NCBI GenBank assembly: GCA_036172245.1
Contig: JAYWIR010000011.1
Coordinates: 3,410,001-3,474,000 of the forward strand
Length of the DNA: 64,000 nt
Reading direction: 5' to 3'
Source: Raillietiella orientalis
Taxonomy: Eukaryota
Position numbers and translations under genes: made by a program. The notes under the pieces were generated by a model that was not told the DNA's origin, searched no databases, and saw nothing but the letters and a program-made list of their open reading frames with translations. Positions 33,565-46,849 of this stretch are shown piece after piece (the stretch's first letter is position 1; every line of letters starts with the position of its first letter).

Positions 33565-36500
33565 TTAATTGGTTATATTATCTGAAATAACTGCCATTAA
33601 GTCTCTTTGTAACATGCTGTAGTATGGTTCTAATAAAGAAATTGACTTCCTTCTTGCTAGTTGAGTGATTAAGAGCTTATTGATTTGGCCTATTAGTTCA
33701 CTTTTTGTTGCACAAGGTTGTGTTCTCAACTGATACAAGTTGCTTATTAATGTGCATATGTGTTCTACCATTATTTCAGTTTCTTGCAAGTTTGATAGCA
33801 ACTGTTTCATAATACACAATACTGCCACCGAAAATTGTTTTTGGATTGCTTGGGGCAAATATTCCAAGAATATTGGAGCTTTTTCTTTTAGGCTTATATA
33901 ATCTAAGTATCCAACAAGAGAAGGTGAATTCTGAAGGAGGAGGATTACTTGATTAAAAGAATGTTTCAGGGATGCTGGGAGGGAATTGAAATCACATGTA
34001 GTTGAAGGATCTGCAAAGTGTACACTTAACTGTGCCACAGTTACATGCAACCATAAACAAGTTTGTTGCACATCTTGGTTGGGTTCATGAAGAACCCATG
34101 GTTGAATCGATACTGGGTTCACTGAATACCATGAAACCCCACTAGCCTCAAGCTGAGGTAGTAACTGTTTCTGATACATCATAATGCTGACTGATAATGG
34201 GGGGCAGCTAGCCAGTAATTGCTTAAAGCCAGAAATATCGTGCAATTCACAAAATCCCAAACATATGTGTTGCACAAAGCTTATTGTGAGTAATGCACCT
34301 GAGGACAGGTCATTAACCTAAAACCCTCTGAGATGTATTAGACAAATTATTAGTGATTACCAATTCTTGCTGAATCCACTCTGACCACCAACAAATGCTT
34401 TCTGCAGTTAAAGCTGAACCAGGAAGTTCATTGCAAAAAAGCATCCAAGGAGGAAAGTAAGTTATCAATCTGCAAGCTGTGAAATATAAGAGGAAAACTG
34501 ACAAATCAAGAAATACCGGAAGCATTCCTGATTGGAAAGCATTCTAAGTTTTGAACCTATGGGTTTTGCTTGTGATTCCTTTGACCACTGATCTGTCAGC
34601 CATGATTTGGAGCCTGGGATTCTTGGACTTTGAGCAGGAGCTAATGATCGTATGTGGCACAATAGCAAACAAAGACTGTAATAGGTGTGAACCGCGCCAG
34701 TGGATGAGATCTAAACAGCATTAAAACTTTCAAGTTTTATGTTTACTTGCTCTTTCAAAGACCAGTGAACAAGATTCTTGAAAATAATTTCTGCAGCAGC
34801 ATCAATATCGCCATCCAGACCTCCTGTATTTGCAGGCTCATAGAGGAATAATGAAAATACGATGTCTCGTTGGTATTCAGTAAGAGCAAGTCCACAAAAC
34901 ACATCTTCATGTTGCAACAATTCATATGTCAGCCATTCTTCCAATGTCATCTGCAATCAACCAAGCTATTTAGTAAAAGTTCCAACTAGCTAAAAATTAG
35001 GCTATTAACATCTGCCATTCAAATCATTTTTTGAATTTAAATTCCACACAATAAACATGTCCCAGCAAGTATACTATTGTTTTTTGATTTCAACAGAAGC
35101 ATTATGTGGAATGAGAATAAAATGCAACCACACTCAGTTGACCATTCTTAGAACTAAGATGCTAAGCATGGACGTACTAAAGAGAAGGCTGCAACCTGAA
35201 GAGCTTTGCACATATCCAAGCATTCCAAATGGAAAGGCAAAGTGCTTTTAAAGCCAAGACGGTGTGATAAATAGACAAATTTCTTCACAAGTATAGGAGA
35301 CACCCACTCAGGTAAAGAGGATTCACAGGTTATTTGCTTCACCCAGCAGATGCAACTATGACAAAATCTTAAAAAACGCTAAATGTCATCATACACTTTA
35401 TTGATTGACCTACTTCAATGCAAACGGAGCATTTCCATTGAATGCAAGATGTTCAAAAAACAAGTTGGCAAATGATGTTTGCATCTGTGGTCTGCCCTGC
35501 AACATCACAAGGGCAGATAATTCATGTGCTGCCATAAACACTGCAAGAAGGCAAGAAAACAAGGAGAGCTGTTCACTATCACTAGCAGAATATTCCTCTA
35601 ATGTAACAGTAAAGATGGAATTAGGAGTTCCTTTCAGATTCTGATGACTCCATTTCCAAATCAGTTGATAAAGGGCCAACTGAAGACTCTTGAACAATTG
35701 TGCTATTTTCCATGACTGCACAATATATTTTACAAGTTGTGAAGACTGTTGCAGCCACTTGGTCCATGCACATAAAAGTTTAGAGAGAACCTATTCAAAG
35801 TTAAACTTGGCCATTGAAGAAATACCTATCAATACGCTCACCAGCTGAACTGATTTGCTGAGATCAGTATTCAAGTTTAACTCCAGTACGGATTCCGTAT
35901 GGTCATTTTTAGCTAGTAAACTTTGCAGCAAACATTCAAATTCTGAGATAAAAACAGTGTCGAATCCCTCATTTATTGCTTGCGGACACTTTTTCAGGAA
36001 GGATTCTAGATGTTTTAAAGAAGGTAAAAACTGACTATCTTTTGAAAACAGATCACAAGATACATTGGGTTGCTTTTCTAAGAATTTTTTATACAAGCTA
36101 GATGGTATTCGTTTCGCTTCATAAAGACTTCTGATCAGTGCTCCCCGTAGTTCATCTTCAGCAGCATTCCTGCAAATCTATTTTATGATAAGTTCAAAGA
36201 AGAAACTCACTTTGATTGCAAAAGAGAAGGCAGAAATTCTCCTAAATAATAACTTTTCCTAAAAATGCTATCCTCCAGTAAACTATTTGGTAATTTGTTG
36301 CTGGTAGCAAACTCATGTAGCATATTAGCAACATGGGTCTCCACATTACAAACAGTTTTCTATAGTTTAACGTCATTTCAATAAATTTCCTTATTTTGTA
36401 TCACCTGTTCTAATTCTTTCAGACGTTCTTGTGCCTTCTTCACATACTTATGATAGTACTGCTGACAAGAACCATGAAGATTGGCAGTTGCTCTTATCTG

Positions 36501-39140
36501 TGCTATCATCGCAATGTGAATTCTGTTCTTATTCACCAACCTCGTATAATATTAGAAGGCTCGAACGAAAGCAAACTGGTGAGGAAATCAATAAAGTAGC
36601 AAATCGAATTTGATCCTCTAACTGCATGGTTCACATCTTCACCGAATAAGGTATTAAACCAGTTTGCATAATCACTACCTCCCAGCTGATAGCAGGCTTG
36701 CCTTGATATCAACAGCACAGCCAGAAGCTTTTCATTTAATTGATGGGTGACTGCTTCTTGCATCAAAGCATTAAGAAATTCTGTAAAAAAGAATGAACGG
36801 CATATTACAGAACATGTGTTAAATTTTCTTTAAAAATTTACAGAATAGTAAATCTGAAACTCACTTTTGAATTCTGAAAAAAAATTATGCTTCCTAGACA
36901 CTGCTACTGATACAAATGATAGAACCAGCTGCCAATTAACCTCTTTATATTCAATCACATGCTTCAATGCATCGAGTATATCCTCTTGCCCAATTGCGGA
37001 TACAAGCTAAAAATTATGTCAACTATCTTACTTGGAAAAATTATAGACTACTTTCTCTATGAACATCCTCAAGTTTGGGTTAAGTTGATTGTACATCCAT
37101 TCATGCTGGCAAGTTACAGCTAATGAAGCTTTAATATGTGGATTGCAACAAATAAACAAACTGATTACTTTGCCTAAAAATTTTTGTGCTATTCTATCAT
37201 TTGTCTCACATGATGTTTGCATAAACATCAGAAAATTATTAATATTAGGGCAAGTTTCTCCGGAGCTTTTGGTGTATCTCTGTTCCAAGTCACATAAGCA
37301 TTGTTTCAAAATACTTTCTACAATGGTAGTGGCAAGTTTATTCACAGCTTTACTTTTGGATGCCAGTTCTTTATCTTCACAAGTCACATCCGCAAATGCT
37401 TGATGTATCAAATGTTGCATACATTTTGCTACTTCATTATCATTACATGAGGAATAATCATCCTTCATTAAACAAACAAGATTAACAATAAATTCTTTGA
37501 TATTTTGGGGATTTTTCAAGTTACTGCAACATAAGTCATGAAAATATTTGATAAATGCAACAATTACTCACTAAAAAAGATATTCAGCGATTAACAAAAT
37601 CTTACTGCTATGAAGATTCCACAGAACCACAGTGGATAGCACCTACAAATCAAAACTTATAATGAGATACTATATTTTTGAATTTTTGCCTTCACACACT
37701 CTTCATTTTTTTTATGCAGGTAATTTTCATTTTTTCAAAAATACTTTGAGCATAACTCGCCATCACAACAAAAGGTGATTATCTATTAAAAACAAATTCT
37801 TAAATAGATAAGCTGTTTCCTTTTGTCAATCTTTTTGTCCAAGATGCAAACAAAGCCAACATGCAGATATGCACAAATGACATTAACATGAATTTGAAGA
37901 TAAACAATTTCACCCATGCAAATCCATTCATTTTTAATTCTTCACAAATCTTAGAAGCATTTTGAAATTGCTTACAAATCTCGATCTTGGAAATGTTCTC
38001 AATTACCAATATAAACAAAATTCATTACATGCAACATGATTTCAACTATGAAAAAATGTTGAAAAACCAAAATTTCACCATCCTATAAAGTCGGTAAAAT
38101 ATCCACTTGGAGAGGTAAACCAAACAATTTACATTATCAAAACAATCAAATATCACATTTAAAGCAAAACTTAATCCTTTTAAAAAATCTGCACTTCCTG
38201 TGCAGTGTTTTGCAGAGAGAGAGAGAGGAGGGAAGTGAAAAAAAACCTTCACAACATGCTATATTCTTTTTTCCTATTTGAAGCACTAAATAATTAACAG
38301 ATCACTTTTGGTGTTCGGTAAAGTTTCATTATATGATCTAAAAACTTGATTTCATATGCATTTGCAAAACACACCAACTGCACAAATAATTCATCTGCAT
38401 TTCGAAAGTAACTAGATAATAGTGTAAAAAGAATCAACCATGATTATTTTGTACAATTAATCAAATTTGGAATTTCAGAAGCAATTTACACAAAAATTCA
38501 AAAGCATTTAACTTATTAATCGCTACCTAAATTTATAATGATTCTCTACAGTCACTGCTTACTATGTAACATATCCCTTCAACATTAGTTTACATTTTTA
38601 CTGATTGTTCCCTTGATACATACTGCATCAGACAGCATTTTAGATAATAATCTTCGATTACAAGAATTATTTTTATTTGAAGCATTAATCACAAACATGA
38701 TTTTTGATAGTCTCGTTGAACATTTTTCTGGTAAATGGTCGTTCTTGAAATCCAATATGTTGTAATTTTCATGTTCCAATTTTGTTTTCATTGGTGAATA
38801 ATGTTCATTAATGAGTTTAATTTCTTTAGCGCACAAATGTGGTAGTAAATCTTTAGGGAGGATTTTGTATTTCAAGGAAATTCTATTAACAAATGAATCA
38901 ATAACATGGAATTCTGAAAAGTTCTCAGGAATAGTGATGCTAAGCTCATCAACAAGTTTCCTAAAATTGTTAGATATCATTTCATCAACACTTATGGGAT
39001 TTGGGCTGCTGCTCTAGAATACAAAAGGAATTCTGAATATGATCAAAGTGTTATCATCTACATACTTCATTGATTACTTCTTGAAAGTCCTGATTGCAAT
39101 CTATCAATTCCAGTGCTTCCTTCTTAATTTCATCCATCAT
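33565..39140 (-). CDS. FANCA: Fanconi anemia group A protein-like, multi-exon
   Basis: Peptides IKKEALELIDCNQD, LLISRQAC...DYANWFNTLFG...FIDFLTSLLSFEP, KIPNSLLEDSIFRKSYYLGEFLPSLL and WLTYEL...GGLDGDIDAA match conserved FANCA blocks in order. Not all exon boundaries were resolved. Confidence 0.85.
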
Positions 39141-41428
39141 GCATTAAAGCTGCATTTGTAAACCACTCATGCCAGATGGCATGATTTGAGAACATATCTT
39201 CCCAAGTAAAAGCAATGCTAACAGGTCTGCTGATTATTGGTAAGCACCTTTTGTAATCCACAAGTGCGTAAAGGCAGAAAATACGGTCTCAAGTTAATTC
39301 CACTGATCACTTCATCATTTCTGTTACCGGATTACAATAAATATATATCTTAGTTCATGGATCTGCATTATTGTGGTTTGAATATTGTAAGTCAACATGC
39401 CGCTAGAGCAAAAATTATGTAAGTCGGCCTTTACAAGCTCACCACGGTTAAAGTTCGAAAGAATTTGCTTATACTCTTTTGTTCTATACTGATAAAATCG
39501 AACGCTGTTATACTGAATTAAAAGTTTACTTCAGGAACGCATTCCTACTCATAAGAATGAGTGAATAATTGGAGCTTTTTGGGGGGAACTAGTTGAAAAC
39601 ATTCGAAAGGTATATTTGTATGGGCATTATTGGAATCTCAATGCTTCCTCCCGGATCTGCTAGCAGTTACGCAAAACTCTGTCCGAAGAACACTTCACAT
39701 ATTAGCGAGCAAGCAAAGACATAAGGCTATGTGGGTTTTCATTAGTGCACGAGTCAACTCTAAAATGAAGTAACTTCGGTTTCCCGCTGCTTGTTCCCCA
39801 CAACGGTCGCAGGAAGAGGCAGTGTTTCCAGGCTTGCTTCTGTATCTATTCTGTTATTAAGCAAAAGAACGTGTGCGTTGCTTTCCAAAGTTTCTTCATG
39901 TCTTGCAGTACAGCTCAACACTATTTCACGTGAACTTATTACTAACCACTGCACCTATTTTGTCCAAACGGTAGTGATGCCCCCCCTCCCCCTACCATGG
40001 ACAGCATAACGATTTCTATGGCTTTATTGTCTGAAATGGCCAAGGCAGGACCGTGAAGATCAGCAAAATGAAAATCTCAAAAGAAAGTAAAGATGTGCAA
40101 TATATCTCTATTCATTCTCCTCGAGAAGGCGTTTTTTTTTCCTGCTTGAAAATCGGTGCGGAACTTCTGGAACTCCTTTGCTATGTCCGAGTTTGATTCG
40201 TGCCACCTTTTTCCTACTCCCTGACTGAATGTCAAAGCGGGTGTGGACTAAACGTTGTAAATGCCATTTCTCAGTTGTTAAATACTCATCATCTATACTC
40301 TTGAATTTTCCTTGCGTTCACTCTTTCCCTCCTCACTTTTAAGGTAAAGTGAGTACCATTGAAACTGTTTTTCATTTTCGTTTGTATCGGTCGTACGCTT
40401 ACCACTTCGTACTCACCCTTTTGGAGTCAAAGGATCTGAGCAATAGTAAGGCTACATTTTTCTACTCTCATCAGCTATGTAATTCAGCTATTAATGCCGA
40501 GTCTTTTTGTTTTCCTAAAAAAGGGAACAACTTACTTATTCGTGAATTATAAGTAATAGAAAATTGGCATCGAATACGTCTAACATAAAATTAGTTCCAA
40601 TGAATACCCAATTAGTATCGGTAATTGCGACCTGTAACATCAACCGAATAAAAGCATGGTGAGCAACTCGGTCTTCCAAGTGAGAATTGTAGTGGAGTCA
40701 AGTTATTCTTAGGAACTACACGCATGGCAGAGAAGGTGTTTTATCGAAAAAATCCTTTAAAATAAAGATTGAAAGTTTGAATCGAGAATCCTTTTCAGGA
40801 AGTTTGGAGCACTTACAGCAAAGGATATGCTGAAATTTGCAAAGAGTTCAAGTACTTAGTATGTTTCCATGAATAGATAAGCAAGCTTGCAAAATGTTTT
40901 CTGGTTATTTGTACTCTAGTGATGCATATAATAATATTTGATAAACACATATCACCAAACCTACTTGTCATTACGCATGTTTTTCTGTGTGGCTTGTTTC
41001 GAAAAGCAAAAGCCCCACAAGCAAAACAAAATGAAAATAGTTGAAGCATGAGTGCATATCTGATATGAATTTCCGATGATCATTCGACGCTTAAAAGCAG
41101 GGTAAACACATGCCTTGCAGAATTTGGGTTATGTGTATAACCTTTTGGCAAAGTGACTAGCCCAGATAAATGCACAACTATCCATCGAATACATGTTCAT
41201 CAAAGGTATAGGAAGAAAGTAAGTGGTTCATACATACAACTACAAACATTGCATCATTTCGAGATAAGGGATTTTTTCTCAAAAGAAGCTGCTGTCAAAT
41301 TAACCAATAAATTGTTCAGAACACAGATAAGATTGTCTGAATAGAAACAATCTTATCAATTTGGGTACATCGCGTTTTTTTCTTCTCTTTTTTCCCCCCC
41401 CCCCATCAAAAGTTGAGTGAACAACATA

Positions 41429-44400
41429 ATGAAGCGAAGTATTCCTTCATATTTAGTTTTGACTATTTGGATTTTATCGCAGAATTTTTTGGATGCGAGT
41501 GTTTGCACATGCCATGGGAATCATCATGGAGAAAGCGAATGCTCGATTCACGAGAATGCTGTGCGGAGAATGTTGGGCACAATTTCAAGCGGTTGTGAAC
41601 AAGGTACGTTGTTTCTATATGTCTGATTCACGGTGGTAAATCGAGTTTGCCCTCTACAGGATAATAAATGGCGTGCTTTTTTTTTTTTTTTTTTTTCTTT
41701 AATAATAAAGCGAATCAATCTCTCGCATATCGAAACTGGTATGACTTTGGAAACAAATCTGTTCCACTTATCTCTTGTTTTGAATTTGTATTACCTGAAG
41801 TCTTGTGATTCTCACTTACAATATACCTCTTCAGCCCTTGAAGCTGCATGTTTGGATGCGGTGGATCTCTTACTACTTCTCTTATAATGTTACTTTTTTA
41901 TTTCAGTTCCGAAAGTGTGATAATCCACAGTTATTTAGAAGTGCACTCTGATTCAGGACTTTATCATATCTGGAGCATTCTAGCATTTTGTCGCTTCTCT
42001 CCTTTCTTCATTGGGGCACCGTTTCTTTTTGTGGTTGGGATGTGCATACCTCGATTCCGAATCCACCAACCATCCTCTCAAGTGACTGAGACACCGGTCA
42101 TTTTCCGAGACGGTTTTTCATGCTACTGAAGTCCTACCTGCTCCTTTGAGATGGAGCAGTAGCTTCACTTTGAGTGAAATTCTTTCGATTCTGTGTTCCC
42201 GTACTTTCAAGCAGGTTGACAAGAGACTGCATATCTGTCGGACGCGAGGTTGTTGGCCAGAGGAACAGCGGTGCTTTCAAACAGAGACTCGTGGCGCGTC
42301 CCAAACCGGCTCTTACGTGTTGGGTTCTGAACGCCTCTAGTGAGATGATCTCAAATCCTGCGGAAAAATTGGGCCATTCTTGGCAGTGTTCAGCTCGCCA
42401 CTCACTGCCGACCATCGGAGGCGCACGGACTGCCTCGAACCTTGGTTTTCCTCTTTCTTTCCATGTCCCAAAATCGATCCTCAAACCTTAGTGATGTCTT
42501 TCTGTTCCTCTTGGAACTGCAGAATAAAGAAGGCTGGAAATTGTGGAAGAGAAGGAAGGAAAGAGGATGTTGCTTTGGGGGCTTCTGATATCCTTCCATT
42601 CCATCGATGGGGGCAGTGCGAAGAGCTGGCCAGGTTCTTTCCAGACTCCACCCCAGAAGAACTTCGTGCTTTGCTCCAAAAGAGAGACATGCCCTGTAGG
42701 ATAGTTGCCCTGCGGCACCGTGACCTGCATGAAGAGGCTGGTGAAGACGGTTGGCCTGTTGATCGAAGCCGTCGCGACTGCCTCCAGCCAATAGCCGACT
42801 ATTTGCCAGACCATCCACGCTTCGCCGACGGCTCCAGACCGCACTTGCGGGTGGAACTGCTTCCCGAGAAGAGCGAATACCCTTTGGTACAGGACCCATC
42901 GCTTGCGTTTCATCAGAGATGCAGAGAGACGGTTCGAATGGCTCTCTCGGAGGGAATCCTCGATCTCAGTCCACACAAAGGCAGAAGTTTCCAAGAAAAG
43001 AGCGGGACATGCACCCTTTGCAGAACATCCTGAGGCCACAGGCTGCTGAGAAACGAGGATGCCTTCAAGAACCCTCTCTTCCCTCGCTTCCCTGATGAAC
43101 CAAGAGCACGCGGAAGTTCCGTGAGGAGCTGGATGCTACAGCTTCCGAGAGCGGAGACACCCTGTGGCGCGCACTCGACAAGCCTTCTCAGATTTGTCGG
43201 AGGTCAGACGTTGATGACATCCTCCTCTCACACCATCTCACAGGGACACGAACGCGACGAGGCCTGGAGGTGCTCTCCAGCTAGCTGTCGCGCCGCCGGG
43301 GAGAAGGTGCTCCAGCTCCTAGCAGGAGACCTCTCTCTGGAGCAGCTCTCCCTTCTCCTGAGTTCGCTCGTGCTAGTGATCAGTTCCAAGGGTCTCTGCG
43401 TTCCCGATTCCTCTTCTTTCCGAGCCACAAGGGTCGGTCAGACGTCAGAAATCTGCCTTCGTGCCCGGGGGCAGCCTTCCTAGGGGCTTTCGAAACTAGC
43501 GTTTTGCAATCTCTTTTCACTCTGGGAAAGAACTCGTTATTCTTTCCCCCGCCTCCCTCCCTCTCCTCATCCTAACTTGCACGTGCAGGAGTCCCTTGCG
43601 AGAGCGCTCGAAACTTTTCCCATCTCGCCCTGAATTTGGGCGTCCTTGACTGATAGGTTCGTCCTTAAGGAATCGGGTGGAAAACTTGCACCCCTGACCC
43701 TTCCCCTAGGCTCACTGATTCTTCCTGTCGAGGGGAAAGGGAGGAACAAAGAGAGGAACGGAGGAAACTGCGGTGTGGTTTATCCGGGAGGCGATCCCGG
43801 TAGCACTTCTCGGGAGTCACTTACAGAGCACGGCTGCGCGCAGCCCTGCAGCTCAGGGCACCCATGTGCGGTTTGCACGGCCAACGTGCGAGGCAAGCGG
43901 AGCCTCTGGGACACGGGTGCTAGCGGCGCGCGGCGAAGATACCCCCTGCAACTGGGGAGGCCTGGTCTTCCCGCTCGTCCGCTTCTCACGTTGTCCCCGA
44001 TAGCTCGGCTCGAAGGCGGAGCGCGGCGGGGATGGCTGAGGAGGAAGGATCGGGGGTGATCAGACTTAGGAGTCAACCAAGGAAGGAGAAGATCACGAGG
44101 CTCAAGAGGGAGGAAGAGGAGTAATGAAGAACCACTGCGGAGGGAGAGAAGCAAGGAAAGAAGAGAGGGACGTGGGATGGGCTGGAATGGGGGTTGCTGG
44201 AGGGCTGGTTCTCGTAGGGTCGTTAGGACAGGGAACCTCCTCGCCGCGGTGGAGACCAACAAGCCGCCGCCCCTAGGGATGTGAGTGGCAATTTCTGTTG
44301 TCCTCTCCCCCACGAAACCCCTCCGACAACCCACCGACCAGCCGTTCGCGGGCGCGAAAGCGCGCGGATTTGCCAGCTACCAGCTCCGCGGCCAGCGGGC

Positions 44401-45570
44401 CGATTGGAGAGCTGCTCCCGGACACAACAAAAGAGCGCGAGGTGAAGCGGCAAAAGGTTAGGGAGGGGGGAGATCCAGGGCCCTTCCTCCCTGGAGGTGC
44501 TCCTTGCGAAGGACAGGATGGCAGGATAAGGGATGCGGCGGTCGCTCCGATCACTCTCCCGCGGGTGGTTGGGTTGTCGCGCAAGGCGGCGTGCTTTATC
44601 GAGGGTATGCCGCCTCGCTCTTGCAGCCCCTCCCTCCCTCCTCAAGTAAACTCCTCCTCCGTCCCTCCCGGACGGAGGCACGTGCGTTTCCACGGAGCCT
44701 CACAAATTCCTCCCGGAGAAAGCCGCGAGGCAGGGAGGGAGGTTGGGGTGTGGTGGCGCCGTCTTGGAAGCGACTGCTGAAGGCGGCGTGTCATGCGTTG
44801 CAGGTGCAGCGACCTCCTCGTGGCAGTCGAAGATGCTCTCCGAGTTCGCTGTACTGAAGAGTCTGCTGATCGACATGGAGAGGAGGCTGAAGAGGGTCAT
44901 GGAGCCGAGCCGAGATGGTGGCGCCGCCGTTCCGGAGATGTTGGCTCCAGTGCGTCCCGCGGAAGAGTCTGTGCTGCCGCCAGTGCGTCCCGCGGAAGAG
45001 TCTATGCCGCCGCCAGCGCCTCCGACGATGCTGGAAGAGGTCTCGGATCCCGCGGTAACGGCAGCTGCCGTCGAGCGGGAGGAGGAAATCCGCCGGTTCA
45101 ACAACTCGGTGACCTCGCGGGGGGGCAAGGAGCTCTTCCGGTACTACTGGCGCGTGAGGGACGTCCTGCGCAAGATGAGGGAGGTGGAGGAGGAGTACTC
45201 GGAGAGGAGCACGGACTTCTACGTGCTGCCCCACTACTACCGTCTATACCTGCGGGCCTTCCCAAGGGACGCTGACGGCCAGTTCCAGTTGCGCGTGGGG
45301 CTGACCCCGGGCGAGTTCGACGACCGAATCGAATGGCCCTTCGCCCTGCGCTTCCGCGTCTCCATCCTAGACCACTCTCCGGAGAGGGAGGACGTCTCCT
45401 CGAGGATCTGGAACCCCAGTGAGCTCTGCTCCGAATGGAACTGGAAGAGGCCGGAGAAGAAAGACAACTTCGAGTGCGTCCGGCTGGGCATCCCTCACTC
45501 CCTGCTACTGGGCAGCAACCAGTATGTGGCCGACGGCTCCCTCGTGATCCGGCTGACGGTCTTCGTGTGA
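41429..45570 (+). CDS. Putative secreted coiled-coil + MATH/TRAF-domain protein (313 aa, 2 coding exons)
   Basis: Exon 41429-41603 (signal-peptide-like MKRSIPSYLVLTIWILSQNFLDASVC, phase-1 donor AAG|GTACG) joins exon 44804-45570 (acceptor TTGCAG|GT) in phase; the C-terminus has MATH motifs YYWRV, FYVLPHYYRLYLRAFP, GEFDDRIEWPF, YVADGSLVIRLTV. Confidence 0.8.
42100..43450 (-). mobile_element. Decayed Tx1-like ORF2 (post-RT region) inside the MATH-gene intron
   Basis: Minus-strand RVFALLGKQF...W and LLEQSTKFFWGGVWKE...LPPSMEWKDIRSP resemble the KYLG and F.W.G...P...GG blocks. Confidence 0.55.
43780..44075. repeat. Dispersed repeat segment, direct copy at ~50945-51240
   Basis: Shared sequence such as CGGGTGCT.GCGGCGCGCGGCGAAGATACCCCCTGCAAC.GGGGA.GCCTGGTCTTCC; probably part of a retrotransposon. 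Confidence 0.8.
44947..45012 (+). repeat. In-frame 33-bp tandem duplication (PVRPAEESxxP x2)
   Basis: CCAGTGCGTCCCGCGGAAGAGTCTGTGCTGCCG followed by CCAGTGCGTCCCGCGGAAGAGTCTATGCCGCCG. Confidence 0.95.
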
Positions 45571-46849
45571 ACGGCTGTCCGGGAACGCCGGAGGGGCCGA
45601 GTAGGGCAATACACGTGCGGTCGTCTCTCCTCTTCACTGCCGCGCGGGGGTGCTGGGCCTCCCCGCTCTCCAGAGAACGGAGGAGGAGGGGAGAGGAAGA
45701 TGGCGAATAGCGCTTCGCGTCCTGACAGGCGACCTTCCTTCTCCTCCCTCTCGGGACACGTGATGACCCGTGGGCCCCTTTGCAACATGAAGAGCCGGAG
45801 ACCCTTGAGAGGGGAGCCGAATCTCGACGCATCCTCCCTCTCCCCCCTTCCCTTCGTTTGCTTGCGGTCTCAGGTTCCGCCCACTGCCTGGCGCTAGTGG
45901 CTCGCACGCGCGGGAAGCGGGGAGAGAGAGAGCTGCCCAGAGGCCAGGCGCGAGAGGGAAAAGGTGACCCCCTCTTCTGGAGGCACGTGGCGCGCGCTTC
46001 CTGGAGCAGTTCCTTCCTCGGAGAGGGTGCAGTAAGGGCGGAGGCTAAGAGGATCGGCGATCGCAGCACGGACCGACCCAGGGAACCCATCAGGTGGATC
46101 AGTGAGGCGCGTCGTTGTCATGCCCATCCCATGCTGATGACCACCCCTCCTCCTTTCCCCTCTTCCTCTCTGAGAAAAGCAGAGCGCGCGGGAAGAGGGC
46201 GTCGGGTTCTTGTGGCTCTCCTCCTTCCCCCTCACCGAAGGGAAGACGATGTACGGCTGCGTTTTCCTCTCCTTTCCGTGGATCGAAGCCTCCGGCACCT
46301 GCCAGAGCGGCAGCTCACTTCCACCCACGTTCTCTTTGCCCCCCTCCAACCTCTCTCCTGACGGGCGCAGCCTCCTCATCCCTCTGAGGGATGTGACCTC
46401 CTCCCGCCTCCCTCCTTGCCCCTTCCTCTGCTCCTCCTTCTTCCTAGAGAGTCTGGCCTCGCATCTGGCACTGATGCGGGCAAATCTTCCGGATTTCGTA
46501 GGAGCGCGGGCAATAAGGAGACACAGGAGAAAATCCTCAAGCACAATGAGAAGACCCAGCCACCACTACCAAACATCCGCGTTGGCGCTCCCTATGCGAC
46601 GGCAGTAAGACAAAAGCAAAACGAACCAGCAGAGCAGCAGGGAGGGAGAGGAAGGAAAAAACTTCTCCGTTCCGAGTGGAAGGCTGTGGGTTGGAATACC
46701 GGCGGCGCGAGCACTCCAGAAAGTCCTCGCGTCGCAGCACAATTTAGCCTTGGGCTGGCACTGCTGGCCGAGCAGTGAAAGACCACTTGCACCGAGTGGA
46801 AGCCCGAAGAACGCCTTTGACGCCAACGAGGAGCAGCATCCCTGAATCT

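Noticed and set aside
42380..43033. 217-aa + strand ORF as an extra exon or nested gene
   Set aside because: It is the antisense shadow of a minus-strand Tx1-like ORF2 remnant, and the flanking exons splice in phase without it.
44743..45570. MATH ORF as a stand-alone intronless or horizontally acquired gene
   Set aside because: The ORF starts at a non-ATG codon, and an in-phase acceptor at 44803 links it to a signal-peptide exon.
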